The notes under the pieces were generated by a model. That model was not told the DNA's origin. It saw only the letters and a program-made list of their open reading frames with translations, and made no database searches. From NCBI GenBank assembly GCA_905235375.1, contig CAJOLH010000002.1, positions 13,416-77,415 of the forward strand: DNA of 64,000 bases, in the 5' to 3' direction. A program made the translations under genes and the position numbers. This stretch comes from an uncultured Bacteroidales bacterium (lineage in GTDB: Bacteria; Bacteroidota; Bacteroidia; Bacteroidales; UBA3663). The first letter of the stretch is position 1. The number at the start of each line of letters is the position of its first letter. Below are positions 53,001-62,452 of this stretch, one piece after another.

Positions 53001-53435
53001 CGTGCGTGCCCACGAGCAGCGCGACACTGCTTCGGGATATTCGAGTGAGAGCATGAGGTTGCCCTGCGCATCGCTGAGATAGAGCGTGCCGCCATCGCAA
53101 TCGAGCTTCATGTCGATGGTCTTGTTCGACCATTTGCTGAAGTGGTCGAACCACAGTATCTTGAAGCCGTTAGGTGGAACAAAGGTGGACTGCGTGACCT
53201 CAGCCTTTATCAACTTGTCCTTATTGTCGCTCAGATACCAGCCGGTGATAGAGATGGCCGAAGACGTTGGGTTGTAGAGCTCGACCCACCCGCCGTAATT
53301 GAATGAGAGATCTACCCATTGATCGATGTTCGATGGGCAGATCTCGTTGATTTGCAGCGATGTGGCTTGTTGCGCTTGTGCCAGGGAGGTCACGGTGACC
53401 ACGAGGGCGGTCAGGAATTTTCTTCGGAATTTCAT
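50007..53435 (-). CDS. Large secreted CotH-family protein with lamin-tail (LTD) domains and a T9SS CTD
   Basis: 1142 aa with a signal peptide. LTD patterns LQINEICPSN...WVELYNPTSSAISITGWYLSD and VVVNEVSADN...WIELYNTTAHDIDLAGMYISD. The CotH core contains LLYPFFAEKPYLKHKTLQVRNGGND...VAHFVNGVWKGAINVRE and FQFYIRNGDWPNNNLKAWRP. The C-terminus reads YSIFDLNGRLVREGNGPLTQDLPSGVYIVRSKSTAYKVMVP. Confidence 0.8.
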   Translation of the reverse strand: MKFRRKFLTALVVTVTSLAQAQQATSLQINEICPSNIDQWVDLSFNYGGWVELYNPTSSAISITGWYLSDNKDKLIKAEVTQSTFVPPNGFKILWFDHFSKWSNKTIDMKLDCDGGTLYLSDAQGNLMLSLEYPEAVSRCSWARTADGGETWSYCANPTPGRTNAGSKFASERLDDPEVDIPSQVFSSSSISLKVTIPEGCTLRYTTDGSAPTETNGYTSLSGSFSTTVNRTFRFRLFRDGYLPSRVVSRTLIKNTRDIDLPILSITGTQANFYGDSLGIFVRGVNGRAGNGQSSKCNWNMDWERPAVFDYFTADGELLIEQETGIERCGGWSRAWTPYSFKVKANKRYESEKNLLYPFFAEKPYLKHKTLQVRNGGNDNGCRVKDVILQQIAATSGLDIDYQAYQPVAHFVNGVWKGAINVREPNNKHFVYSNYGYDEDEIDQFEMSPDSAYCQKCGTYDAIEQLLTLSQSASDQNAYNAMCDLLDMDEFCNYMAFQFYIRNGDWPNNNLKAWRPRREDGRFRFVLFDLDGFDWSGSPFTDFNNKRICTFNRLYGESVQYITKEIEVVTIFLNLLNNDTFRKKFIDTFCLVTYSVFEPSRCAEICERVANGVAHTQALYNNESPWDTSNSMRSALSTSRQSQLMSSLRNFSRMKLTSQTRRTAKLHASIPEARLTFNGIPIPTNTFDGQYYPPLTVKAEAPSGYTFTGWRVTSNNSVELFPTSQTWRYYDKGSLDGVNWRDADYNDSQWSSGPAPLGYYVGGSRYYATTIGYGGNVNSKYPTYYFRTSFNLDEAPVGNETFQLAFTVDDGMIVYVNGVEAARYNMPAGNVNYNTYASTYAPNNPDSGTTKLDASLFRQGTNVIAVEVHNNSGISSDIYWSASLTNRKIVGGNLVSSNPEYTLVESSSDLIACFEPIASDETPLPPVVVNEVSADNGIYINDLWKKSDWIELYNTTAHDIDLAGMYISDKVSKPDKWQIGSDIAADTPVSTIIPAHGYRIIWCDKEVGIRDLHAPFKLENEDKSQVILTAADGSWGDTLTYCAHRPAETVGRYPDASRNVYLLTRTTIERTNQLTTIAASVEQPTESAIQQVLSDDIWDSRYSIFDLNGRLVREGNGPLTQDLPSGVYIVRSKSTAYKVMVP

Positions 53436-53453
53436 GAAGAGGGGTTATTTTTC

Positions 53454-53535
53454 TTATCACGAATTAGAGAATTAGTGAATTAATATTAGACGGATAGAAT
53501 CACTAAAAATTCGATAATTCGCTAATTCGTGATAA
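53454..53535. promoter_or_regulatory. Perfect 14 bp inverted repeat TTATCACGAATTAG ... CTAATTCGTGATAA with a 54 nt loop, between the clpC stop and the CotH/LTD start
   Basis: Arms at 53454-53467 and 53522-53535. The loop contains reiterated GAATTAG-like words. The function is unknown; it could be an operator, terminator or leader. Confidence 0.4.
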
Positions 53536-53544
53536 AATAATATA

Positions 53545-56205
53545 TCAAATCGTGGACTCGAAGCGGGCGAGGGTGGAGTCCTTGTCGGGGTCTTTGTCAA
53601 TGGTGATGCGGACGCCGGCTTCGCCCTGATGCTCGAGCATCTGTTCGCAAAGCATATCCTCGACATATTGCTGCACGGCTCGCTTGAGCGGACGGGCACC
53701 ATACTGCTTGTCGTAGCCCTTCATGCCGAGGAACTCCTTGGCGGCATCGGTGACGGTTATGTCGTAGCCGAGCCCCGTGAGACGACCGATGACCGCGCCA
53801 AGCTCCAGATCGACAATCCTGCGTATGTCGCTCTTATCAAGCTGGTTGAAGCTGATGATGTCGTCAATGCGGTTAAGGAACTCGGGAGCAAAGGTCTTGC
53901 GGAGCGCCTTCAACACGATGGATTGCGCTGCCTCGTTCTCCTCCTTGTCGGTGCGCGACGAGAAGCCGATGCCCGTGCCGAAATCCTTTACCTGGCGACT
54001 GCCGACGTTGGAGGTGAGGATGATGATGGTGTTCTTGAACGACACCTTGTGACCGAGCGAATCGGTAAGGTGGCCTTCGTCGAAAATCTGAAGCATGAGG
54101 TTGAACACGTCGGGGTGTGCCTTCTCGATTTCGTCGAAGAGGACTACGGAGTAGGGGTGACGACGCACACGCTCGGTGAGCTGTCCGCCTTCGTCGTAAC
54201 CCACGTAGCCGGGAGGCGCACCAATGAGGCGCGACACGCTGTACTTCTCCATGAACTCGCTCATATCCACGCGGATAAGGCTATCCTTGGCAGAGAACAT
54301 CTCTTCGGCGAGAATCTTCGCGAGATAGGTCTTGCCTACGCCCGTAGGCCCGAGGAAGAGGAAGGTGCCGATGGGCTTGGCGGGATCCTTGAGTCCGATG
54401 CGGTTGCGCTGAATAGCCCGCACCACCTTGTCGATGGCTGCATCCTGACCGATGACCTTGCTCTTCATGATGTCCTTGAGGGCGAGGAGCTTCTGCCCCT
54501 CGGTGGCGGCAACCTTCTGTACGGGGATGCCCGTCATCTTCGCCACACATTCGGCGATGATTTCGGGAGTAACCTCAGCACGGTTGCTTTTCTGATCCTC
54601 AGCCCACTTGCGGCGTTCCTCCTTGAGCTGCTTGTCGAGGGTACGCTCGCGGTCGCGGCACGATGCAGCCACTTCGAACGTCTGGCTGATGATGGCCTCG
54701 TCCTTCAGGCGCTTGGTCTCCTCAATCTTGGCTTCGAGTTCGGCAAAGATGGCGGGCTGGTTGGCCGAATAGAGGTGCATACGCGAGCCTGCCTCGTCCA
54801 TGGCATCGATGGCCTTGTCGGGGAAATTGCGGTCGGTGACATAGCGGTCGGTGAGGCGCACGCAGGCTTCGAGGGCCTCGTCGGTGAAACGGACGTTGTG
54901 GTGCTCCTCATACCGGTCGCGGATATTACGGAGTATGGTGAGGGTGTCGTCGGCAGATGTGGATTCGACCATGACCTTCTGGAAACGGCGCTCCAGGGCT
55001 CCGTCCTTCTCGATGGTCTTGCGGTACTCGTCGATGGTGGTGGAGCCGATGCACTGGATTTCGCCACGGCTGAGGGCGGGCTTGAGCATATTGGCTGCAT
55101 CCATCGATCCCTGGGCATTGCCTGCGCCCACCATGGTGTGAATCTCGTCGATGAAGAGGATAATGTCCTTGTTGTCCTCCAGCTCCTTGATGACGGCCTT
55201 GAGTCGCTCCTCGAACTGCCCACGGTACTTGGTGCCAGCCACGAGCCCCGCCATGTCGAGACTGATGACGCGCTTGTCGGTGAGGAGCCACGACACCTTC
55301 TTTTCAACGATGCGCTGCGCAAGGCCTTCGACGATGGCACTTTTGCCCACACCGGGTTCGCCGATGAGTATGGGGTTGTTCTTCTTGCGGCGCGACAGGA
55401 TCTGGGTGAGTCGTTCGATTTCGTCATGACGCCCTACCACTGGATCGAGCTTGCCCTCCTTGGCGGCCAGCGTCAGGTCGAAGCCGAACTTGTCGAGGGC
55501 AGGAGTACTCGAATCGGACTGCTGCCCCTGCTTGCGTTGGCGGGTGCGTGATGGCTGGCTACCCAGCGGGCCGTCATCGTCCTCATCCTCGTCATCGGCA
55601 TCCTCGTAGCCGTCACTGTAGATATCGTCGTTGGGCTCGTCGTTCGAGGCTTTCGACAGGTTGTCACGCTGGTTGTCATCGCGTGCCAGTCCGTGAGCGC
55701 GCGCATTGTTCTGCTCGCTGGGGTCGATGTGACCGATTTCGGCCACCTGCTTGTAGTAGGAGGAGTAATCCACATTATACTGCATGAGCAGCTGGCTGAC
55801 CACGCTCTGATCGTCCTTCAGCATGGCCAGGATGATATGCTCGGGAGCCACATTCATCTCCTTCATCATGCGCGCCTCCAGCTGGCTGAGCTTCATCGTG
55901 CGGTCACATTCGCGCGACAAATGCTGCTCGTTCTCGTCGAGGGTGTCGGTGGCGCCGCTGTCGGCGGTGGGCACACTGTCGAAGTTATCGCTCGTGGTGT
56001 TGTAGAGGCTCTGCTCGATATTCATGCGCAGATGGACAAGATCGACACCCTGAAGCTGCAGCGCCTCGATGCCGCGTCCCTTGCCATCGCGAAGGATACC
56101 CAACATGAGGTGTTCGGTTTTGATGACGGGGCTGTGGAACCGATCTGCCTCCTGCTGGCTAAGGGCAAGAATCCGTTTTATGCGCGAATTGAATTTGTTT
56201 GTCAT
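53545..56205 (-). CDS. clpC: ClpC/ClpB-class AAA+ chaperone (Clp protease ATP-binding subunit ClpC-like)
   Basis: 886 aa from ATG 56205 ([23 protein letters not shown]..., a Clp_N repeat). D1 Walker [10 protein letters not shown] and Walker [10 protein letters not shown]2 Walker [12 protein letters not shown] and Walker [16 protein letters not shown]-like segment is present. There is no long ClpB-type middle domain. Confidence 0.88.
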   Translation of the reverse strand: MTNKFNSRIKRILALSQQEADRFHSPVIKTEHLMLGILRDGKGRGIEALQLQGVDLVHLRMNIEQSLYNTTSDNFDSVPTADSGATDTLDENEQHLSRECDRTMKLSQLEARMMKEMNVAPEHIILAMLKDDQSVVSQLLMQYNVDYSSYYKQVAEIGHIDPSEQNNARAHGLARDDNQRDNLSKASNDEPNDDIYSDGYEDADDEDEDDDGPLGSQPSRTRQRKQGQQSDSSTPALDKFGFDLTLAAKEGKLDPVVGRHDEIERLTQILSRRKKNNPILIGEPGVGKSAIVEGLAQRIVEKKVSWLLTDKRVISLDMAGLVAGTKYRGQFEERLKAVIKELEDNKDIILFIDEIHTMVGAGNAQGSMDAANMLKPALSRGEIQCIGSTTIDEYRKTIEKDGALERRFQKVMVESTSADDTLTILRNIRDRYEEHHNVRFTDEALEACVRLTDRYVTDRNFPDKAIDAMDEAGSRMHLYSANQPAIFAELEAKIEETKRLKDEAIISQTFEVAASCRDRERTLDKQLKEERRKWAEDQKSNRAEVTPEIIAECVAKMTGIPVQKVAATEGQKLLALKDIMKSKVIGQDAAIDKVVRAIQRNRIGLKDPAKPIGTFLFLGPTGVGKTYLAKILAEEMFSAKDSLIRVDMSEFMEKYSVSRLIGAPPGYVGYDEGGQLTERVRRHPYSVVLFDEIEKAHPDVFNLMLQIFDEGHLTDSLGHKVSFKNTIIILTSNVGSRQVKDFGTGIGFSSRTDKEENEAAQSIVLKALRKTFAPEFLNRIDDIISFNQLDKSDIRRIVDLELGAVIGRLTGLGYDITVTDAAKEFLGMKGYDKQYGARPLKRAVQQYVEDMLCEQMLEHQGEAGVRITIDKDPDKDSTLARFESTI

Positions 56206-56377
56206 TTCTGTCTTCAAAAATAAATCCATTGGACAAAAAGTCCCATAATTTGATGCAAAAATAGGAATAATTTTCGAGAATACGGCTGTTTTTCGAAAAA
56301 AATTCACGAATATTACCTAAAAATGTCACAAGATTGGAGAAAAATCATTATTTTTGCACACCAATATTATAAAATAT

Positions 56378-56905
56378 ATGACACAAAAGGATTTTTCAAC
56401 ATATCTGCAAAAGTCATGCCATCTCGACCGCCAGCAATGCGCCCTGCTACTGAATGCCGTGGGGCGGCAGATGGCCAAGGCAGGTGTCGAACAAATCCCT
56501 GTGACCTTGCCCGGGCTGGGCACCTTCACTTCGCACAAGCATCCCGAATACCTCGAAGAAGACCCCGCTACGGGTCGGCAGACGCTCTATCCGCCGCGCA
56601 TCACCTACCGTATGCAGGGCGAGGAAGAGGGCGCGGGACGCGACTGGCTCGACGGTCAGCTGGCCGAAACGACCAAAACTCCCGTCGAGGAGGCAAACCA
56701 TTTTGTGTCCTCGTTGGCTAAAGGCATACTGACCATTCTGGCACGCGGCGAGGAAGTGGAGGTGAAGGGCATCGGCACATTCCGCACCATCAATTCGAAC
56801 CAAGGCGAAATACAGCGCGTGGCATATACGCCCGACGAGCAAATGAAGGAGCTGGTGAATGCCCCGTTCAACTGCTTCGAGCCAGTGACAATCTATCAGA
56901 AATAA
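56378..56905 (+). CDS. Tandem HU/IHF-like DNA-binding fold protein
   Basis: 175 aa from ATG 56378. The TTG at 56354 lies inside the -7 box TATTTTTG at 56349-56356. Two HU-like segments: LPGLGTFTSHKH...TGRQTLYPPRITYRM and EEVEVKGIGTFRTI. Confidence 0.45.
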   Translation: MTQKDFSTYLQKSCHLDRQQCALLLNAVGRQMAKAGVEQIPVTLPGLGTFTSHKHPEYLEEDPATGRQTLYPPRITYRMQGEEEGAGRDWLDGQLAETTKTPVEEANHFVSSLAKGILTILARGEEVEVKGIGTFRTINSNQGEIQRVAYTPDEQMKELVNAPFNCFEPVTIYQK

Positions 56906-56911
56906 CATACA

Positions 56912-57469
56912 ATGACAACTCACGAAGAACTCAAGGCCGTCACCAGGATTTGCCGTGACGTGTTCACCAAGAAGACCTACGACTATGGCGCATCATGGCG
57001 AATCATGCGCCCCACATCGGTCACCGACCAGCTGCTGATCAAGGCCACGCGCATCCGTTCGCTCCAGATCAAGGGCGAATCGAAGGTGGGAGAGGGTATC
57101 CTGCCCGAATTCATCGGCATAGTCAACTACGGGCTGATAGGATTGATGCAACTCGACTTCGGCCCAGCAAACGGCGTCGATATGGAAGCCGACAAGGTGG
57201 TGGAACTCTACGACAAGTATATGGACAAGACGCTCACCCTGCTCGAAGCCAAAAACCACGACTACGACGAAGCGTGGAGAATGATGCGTATTTCGAGCTA
57301 CGTGGACCTTATTCTGATGAAACTCGAACGCACCAAGCAAATCGAGGACCATAAGGGCCACACGCTGATCAGCGAGGGCATCGACGCCAACTATATGGAC
57401 ATGGTGAACTATTCACTCTTCGCCCTCATCAAGATGGTTTGCGAAGGCGAAGACAAGGAGGAGAGCTAA
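56912..57469 (+). CDS. DUF1599-like all-alpha protein
   Basis: 185 aa. KKTYDYGASWRIMRPTSVTDQLLIKATRIRSL and a second repeat NHDYDEAWRMMRISSYVDLILMKLERTKQI. This matches my recollection of the DUF1599 family and of its neighbourhood with tpiA in Bacteroidota. Confidence 0.55.
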   Translation: MTTHEELKAVTRICRDVFTKKTYDYGASWRIMRPTSVTDQLLIKATRIRSLQIKGESKVGEGILPEFIGIVNYGLIGLMQLDFGPANGVDMEADKVVELYDKYMDKTLTLLEAKNHDYDEAWRMMRISSYVDLILMKLERTKQIEDHKGHTLISEGIDANYMDMVNYSLFALIKMVCEGEDKEES

Positions 57470-57487
57470 GCGGGCTGGCACGAAAGC

Positions 57488-58795
57488 ATGAAGACACTGA
57501 TCCGCATCGTTCAGTTCCTGTTCGCCGCCGTGTTCATCTTCAGCGGTCTGGCCAAGTGCGTCGATCCGGCAGGTACTGCCATCAAGGTGACCGAGTATCT
57601 GCAATATTTCGGCTTCGGCGTGCTGTCCGACCTGTCGTTGGGCATGGCATGGATATTGTGCATCGTGGAATTTATCTGCGGTGTGAACATGCTGCTAGGT
57701 CATGCACGACGTCTCACCCTGTTGGTCAGCACCCTGTTGCTGTTCCTATTCACTCCATTGACGCTTTGGCTAGTGCTCACCGATGCCATCAGCGACTGCG
57801 GTTGTTTCGGCGATGCCATCCATCTGACCAATGTGCAGACGTTCGGCAAGAACCTGATTCTCATGATGATGCTGGTCCTGCTTTGGACCAACCGAGAACA
57901 GATGTATCGGCTCATGGGACGCACGTTCTATGTGTTCTACAGCTATTATTCCCTGGGGCTGGCTGTCTGGCTTTGCTGGATGGGCAGCTGGCGCGAGCCT
58001 TTCATCGACTTCCGTCCGTTCACCCCCGGCACTGACCTGAGAGAGGCGGTGATGGGAGAGGAGCATTCGCAAGCATCGACCGATGACACGACATGGCGCT
58101 GCATCTACCAGCGCGAGGGCATTCGCGAGGAGTTTGCACTCGACAGCCTGCCCGACGAAGCCGAGGGCTGGGAGTTTGTCGAAACGATTGAGCGTCATGC
58201 CGATGGAAGGCTTTCGGAAAGCAATGGGAAAGCAGCTCTCCGGCACATCGACTTCTACGTGAAGACGACCGATGGCGAATTCATCACCGAAGAACTTTTG
58301 TCGAAACCGGGTTATACGTTCCTGCTGCTGAGCCATTCGCTCGACAAGGCATCGCAGCACGACATTGACCGCATAGAGCTGCTTTCGGAATATGCCGGCG
58401 ACAACGACTACGGCTTCGTTTGCATCACCGCCCGTGACGAGAAACAACTGGAACGATGGAAGTACAACACGGGTGCCGAGTATCGTTTTGTCTTCACCGA
58501 TGCCTCAGTCATCGAGACGATGTGCCGCTCCAATCCTGCCGTAATGTTGCTTCGCAATGGTGTCATCTACTGGAAGAAACCACTTTCGAAACTTGATGCC
58601 CAAAGTCTCACAAGTGGCAAGTTAAATGAGCAAACAAGTGGAGATATTGAAGAAATTAACTACAATTACCGAATTTTATTGGTTTTGGTTTTGTTGTTTG
58701 CACCATTATTTTTATATTTGCTCGTTGAAACATTACAATTTCTACATAAACAAACATTAAAAAATATCTCAAAAAAATGCGTAAGAAAATCGTAG
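57488..58795 (+). CDS. DoxX/MauE-type membrane protein with a C-terminal thioredoxin-like soluble domain
   Basis: 435 aa with four N-terminal TM helices ([14 protein letters not shown]...DCGCFGD motif) followed by a soluble domain and a terminal TM helix. The 3' end overlaps tpiA by 19 nt. Confidence 0.5.
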   Translation: MKTLIRIVQFLFAAVFIFSGLAKCVDPAGTAIKVTEYLQYFGFGVLSDLSLGMAWILCIVEFICGVNMLLGHARRLTLLVSTLLLFLFTPLTLWLVLTDAISDCGCFGDAIHLTNVQTFGKNLILMMMLVLLWTNREQMYRLMGRTFYVFYSYYSLGLAVWLCWMGSWREPFIDFRPFTPGTDLREAVMGEEHSQASTDDTTWRCIYQREGIREEFALDSLPDEAEGWEFVETIERHADGRLSESNGKAALRHIDFYVKTTDGEFITEELLSKPGYTFLLLSHSLDKASQHDIDRIELLSEYAGDNDYGFVCITARDEKQLERWKYNTGAEYRFVFTDASVIETMCRSNPAVMLLRNGVIYWKKPLSKLDAQSLTSGKLNEQTSGDIEEINYNYRILLVLVLLFAPLFLYLLVETLQFLHKQTLKNISKKCVRKS

Positions 58796-59532
58796 CCGGC
58801 AACTGGAAGATGAACACCACCCTCCAGGAAGGAATAGCACTTGCTGAAGGTCTTAAGGAGGCCCTTGCAGGCAAGAAGGTCAATTGTGACGTTGTCGTTT
58901 GTACCCCATTCATCTCTGTAGCATCGGTAGCCAAGGCTGTCGAGGGTAGCGTCATCGGCGTGGGTGCCGAGGATTGCTCTGCACACGAGAAGGGTGCCTA
59001 CACCGGCGAGGTTGCTGCCAACATGATTGCTTCGACGGGCGCCAAGTATGTGATTCTGGGTCACTCGGAGCGTCGCCAGTACCATGGCGAGAACAACGAG
59101 CTGCTCGTGGCCAAGCTCCAGCAGGCACTTGCCAACGGCCTTACCCCAATCTTCTGCGTGGGCGAGGTGAAGGAGGAGCGCGTCAACGGCACCTACAAGG
59201 AAGTCATCGAAGGCCAGATGGAAGCTCTCTACACCCTTTCTGCTGAGGACTTTGCAAAGTGCGTGATAGCATACGAGCCAGTTTGGGCCATCGGTACAGG
59301 TCTGACCGCCACCAGCGAACAGGCTGAGGAGGTTCACGCCTTCATTCGTGCATCGATTGCCAAGAAGTACGATGCAGCCGTGGCTGAGGAAACAAGCATC
59401 CTCTATGGCGGAAGCTGCAAGGGTTCGAATGCTCCCGAGCTCTTTGCCCAGCCCGATATCGATGGCGGCCTGATTGGTGGCGCTGCCCTCAAGGTTGATA
59501 CCTTTATGCCTATCATCGAGGCTTGGAAGTAA
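58777..59532 (+). CDS. tpiA: Triosephosphate isomerase
   Basis: 251 aa. [17 protein letters not shown], the catalytic [11 protein letters not shown], and GGSCKGSNA...[12 protein letters not shown]. Confidence 0.97.
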   Translation: MRKKIVAGNWKMNTTLQEGIALAEGLKEALAGKKVNCDVVVCTPFISVASVAKAVEGSVIGVGAEDCSAHEKGAYTGEVAANMIASTGAKYVILGHSERRQYHGENNELLVAKLQQALANGLTPIFCVGEVKEERVNGTYKEVIEGQMEALYTLSAEDFAKCVIAYEPVWAIGTGLTATSEQAEEVHAFIRASIAKKYDAAVAEETSILYGGSCKGSNAPELFAQPDIDGGLIGGAALKVDTFMPIIEAWK

Positions 59533-59593
59533 TTTTAACCATCTGTCGCGAGGGGTGAGCGCTTCGGTGATTCACCCTTCGAGACTTTCATTC

Positions 59594-60058
59594 ATGATGA
59601 AAAGATTCCTCATATCTCTTTACTTCATTTGCTCGTTAGCTTTTGCCTTTGGACAGGAGTCGCAGAATATCTGCACTTATCTGCAAGAGACCGGACGTGT
59701 GACTATCCAGCAGGATAAGCGTATCACTGAACTTGTTGGAAATCAGCCGCGTGCTTACTTTGCCGATGGTTCCCGATCGGGCGATGCCTCGCAGAACATC
59801 ATGGGTTATCGCATCCGAGTTTTTTCGGGCAATCAGCAGACGACTTCCAAGAATCGTTGCTATTCCATCCAAAGCTATATCAATCGGGAAATGCCCGAAC
59901 TGCCCACCTACGTGGCTTTCAAGACACCTAATTGGCGTGTGTCGGTGGGTGATTTCCGTACTTCGGAAGAAGCCAGTTCCATGCTGGCCAAGTTACGCAA
60001 GACATTTCCGAACTATGCCAAGGATATGTTTATTGTGAAGGAAAAAATCAATCTTTAA
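59594..60058 (+). CDS. SPOR (peptidoglycan-binding) domain protein
   Basis: 154 aa from ATG 59594 (MMKRFLISLYFICSLAFAFGQ signal). The SPOR pattern is GYRIRVFSGN...NWRVSVGDFRTSEEASSMLAKLRKTFPN. Confidence 0.8.
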   Translation: MMKRFLISLYFICSLAFAFGQESQNICTYLQETGRVTIQQDKRITELVGNQPRAYFADGSRSGDASQNIMGYRIRVFSGNQQTTSKNRCYSIQSYINREMPELPTYVAFKTPNWRVSVGDFRTSEEASSMLAKLRKTFPNYAKDMFIVKEKINL

Positions 60059-60070
60059 CCAATACACAAT

Positions 60071-61099
60071 ATGGATTTAAATGGACGTCGCGAAAGCGGT
60101 AATGTAATAGATCGTCGCGGTCAATCGAGCGGTGGAAGCTTCGGAGGATTCAGCTCTGGTGGAGGTGGATTTAATCTGCTCCAGCTCTTGCTTCAACTGT
60201 TCCTGATGAAGGGTGCCTCAGGTAGCGGCAAAAACAATGCTACCGGCGGCGGCAAGGGCGGATGCGGTTGCTTCATTATCATTCTTGTACTCCTGTTGCT
60301 CTTCTTACTATTGGGCGGCATGGGTGGCAACAGCGGATGCGCAGATTTACTCGGAGGCCTGATGACTGGAGGCGGCATGGGTGCTACCTACAGCGATGAC
60401 GACACAGAGCAGACGTCCACACCTTACCAGGGCTCGGCTCAGGAAGAGGAACTGGCAACCTTCACCAAAAAGATTCTGGCTGGCACAGAAGATGTTTGGA
60501 CAGCTTATTTCCAGAAGATGGGCAAAACCTATCAGGCTCCCAAACTTGTGCTTTTCACCGATGCCGTTCGTTCGGGTTGTGGTGCAGCTTCGTCAAGCAC
60601 AGGACCATTCTATTGCTCAGCTGACCAAACCGTCTATATCGACCTTTCGTTCTTTATGACGATGAAGCAGCAGATTGGCGCAGATGGCGACTTTGCTTAC
60701 GCTTACGTGATTGCCCACGAAATTGGCCATCATGTGCAGTATCTGCTCGGCACACTTGATAAAGTACACGCTCAGATGGCTCGCTATGGTCAGAACAGCA
60801 AGGAGGCCAACCAGCTCAGCGTACGTCTTGAGCTACAGGCTGACTTCTATGCCGGCGTTTGGGCACATCAGGACAATCAAATGTTCGGCTCGCTGGAAGA
60901 TGGCGATATCGAGGAAGGTCTGAATGCAGCCTCAAAGATTGGCGATGACTATCTGCAGAAGAAGGCGCGCGGTTATACTGTGCCCGAATCTTTCAACCAC
61001 GGCACCAGTGCCCAGCGTAATCGTTGGCTGAAACTCGGCATCAATACCGGCGACATCAACAGAGGAGATACTTTCTCACCAAGTTACGAAAATCTATAA
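60071..61099 (+). CDS. YpfJ-family neutral zinc metallopeptidase
   Basis: 342 aa. Gly-rich N-terminus plus a TM helix, then GPFYCSADQTVYIDLSFF and the zinc motif VIAHEIGHHVQ. Confidence 0.8.
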   Translation: MDLNGRRESGNVIDRRGQSSGGSFGGFSSGGGGFNLLQLLLQLFLMKGASGSGKNNATGGGKGGCGCFIIILVLLLLFLLLGGMGGNSGCADLLGGLMTGGGMGATYSDDDTEQTSTPYQGSAQEEELATFTKKILAGTEDVWTAYFQKMGKTYQAPKLVLFTDAVRSGCGAASSSTGPFYCSADQTVYIDLSFFMTMKQQIGADGDFAYAYVIAHEIGHHVQYLLGTLDKVHAQMARYGQNSKEANQLSVRLELQADFYAGVWAHQDNQMFGSLEDGDIEEGLNAASKIGDDYLQKKARGYTVPESFNHGTSAQRNRWLKLGINTGDINRGDTFSPSYENL

Positions 61100-61169
61100 T
61101 TTGCTATTTATATTTCTCACATGAAGATTTATTATTTAGAGTAGTAGTTTTCTAACTATTTATTAATTT

Positions 61170-61199
61170 AGCCCCGGACGGAAGTTCGGGGCTTTTTTG
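61170..61199 (+). terminator. Rho-independent terminator
   Basis: Stem AGCCCCGGAC / GTTCGGGGCT around a GGAA loop (61170-61193), followed by TTTTTT. Confidence 0.7.
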
Positions 61200-61238
61200 A
61201 TTCCGAAAACCTCGTAAACTTCGAAATCTATAATTTAA

Positions 61239-61546
61239 CGGGAGTGCGCAAGCAAAAATCTGTGTGAATCTGAGAAATCTGTGTGACATTAAATCTCTAT
61301 AGACTTCAATGACTTAAGGGACAACAATGTCCTGAACAAGCAAATAATCCTTATTATCCCATGAGACCGTAGAGAAAATTATTCCTTGGCAACTCATGGG
61401 CTATCTCGGGAGTGCGCAAGCAAAAATCTGTGTGAATCTGAGAAATCTGTGTGACATTAAATCTCTACGGACTTGAAGGACTTAAGGGAGTATCAATGTC
61501 GTGCATAATCAAAAATCCTTAAAGTCCCTTAGATCCGTAGAGAAAA
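61239..61546. repeat. Two tandem copies of a roughly 168 bp non-coding unit, each with a conserved 61 nt head and a long imperfect inverted repeat
   Basis: The head CGGGAGTGCGCAAGCAAAAATCTGTGTGAATCTGAGAAATCTGTGTGACATTAAATCTCTA is identical at 61239 and 61407. The tails carry TCTCTACGGA...TCCGTAGAGA arms and have diverged. Confidence 0.85.
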
Positions 61547-61686
61547 TCGGTGAAGGATGAATTTAATTTGGATTATGTTAAGTTGATTTATTAAAAATAC
61601 TGGATAGCCACTACCCTTTAGATTTCGAGAAAAAATGACTATCCAGAATAACAGAACTAATCGTCCTTGCGTAGTTATTAGGAATA

Positions 61687-62265
61687 TCACTTCGTGACAC
61701 ACGTAACGTTGCTGATCATTCCTTTGTGACTATCAGCCTCTTTTGAAAGCGTTTCCGTGAACTCAAGAGTCTTGTTGATTTCGTCATTGGTCGAGAACGA
61801 AGCTTCATACTTGACAATACAATCCTGTATCAACGTAGCCTCGACACATATCTTGTAATTGCCTTTAGGAACAACATCACCCTTCTGATCCTTTAAGTCC
61901 CAGCAGAAAGTCTGAATGCCATTGTTCTGAGGAGTAGCTCCGGTGAAGACATCCAAATCCTCATCGGTCAAATCATTGGCTTTTACGGCATTAACCCATG
62001 CTGGAACACAGTTAGGACGCTTAATGTAACCTCTGACAAGTTCCTCGTCGCCATGTGCCCGACCTTTGGCAGTAAACGTGGTGACAAAGAGCGTACGAAC
62101 CACTTCACCCTGGGCATTTTCTACCCAAACTGCGTACTGGTTTGAACCAGGTCCATCCTGATGTTCATAATTGAACGAGACCTCAACACTTGATGCTTTC
62201 TGCGCACACGAAGTTGCTGCAAATAATGTTGCCGCAACCATGAAACAAGTAAGAATATTTTTCAT
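61687..62265 (-). CDS. Small lipoprotein, DUF2271-like / Ig-like fold (tentative)
   Basis: 192 aa with a lipoprotein signal (FAATSC). QYAVWVENAQGEVVRTLFVT and WDLKDQKGDVVPKGNYKICVEA resemble DUF2271/FlgD-Ig-like patterns. A minus-strand promoter has CAAAGATA at 62301-62308 and CAAA at 62329-62332. Confidence 0.4.
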   Translation of the reverse strand: MKNILTCFMVAATLFAATSCAQKASSVEVSFNYEHQDGPGSNQYAVWVENAQGEVVRTLFVTTFTAKGRAHGDEELVRGYIKRPNCVPAWVNAVKANDLTDEDLDVFTGATPQNNGIQTFCWDLKDQKGDVVPKGNYKICVEATLIQDCIVKYEASFSTNDEINKTLEFTETLSKEADSHKGMISNVTCVTK

Positions 62266-62452
62266 AGGCTGAATGAATTAATGTATTTACAATAGCGATG
62301 CAAAGATAGCAAAATTTGGTCAATCGGACAAAGAATAAATGGAAAAATTAGTTTATTTAGAATATTTTTATGCAAATCAAGGAAAAAATAGTAATTTTGT
62401 GTGCAATAATAGCATCAACTTTGCAAATTCTCCTAACTATCACTATAAATAA

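Noticed and set aside
53629-55551. 640 aa plus-strand ORF, plus several 90-240 aa ORFs in the same interval
   Set aside because: They are antisense to or out of frame with clpC, whose Walker motifs unambiguously define the real frame.
57770-59337. 225 aa and 223 aa minus-strand ORFs
   Set aside because: They are antisense to the DoxX-like gene and tpiA respectively. The identity of tpiA is unambiguous.
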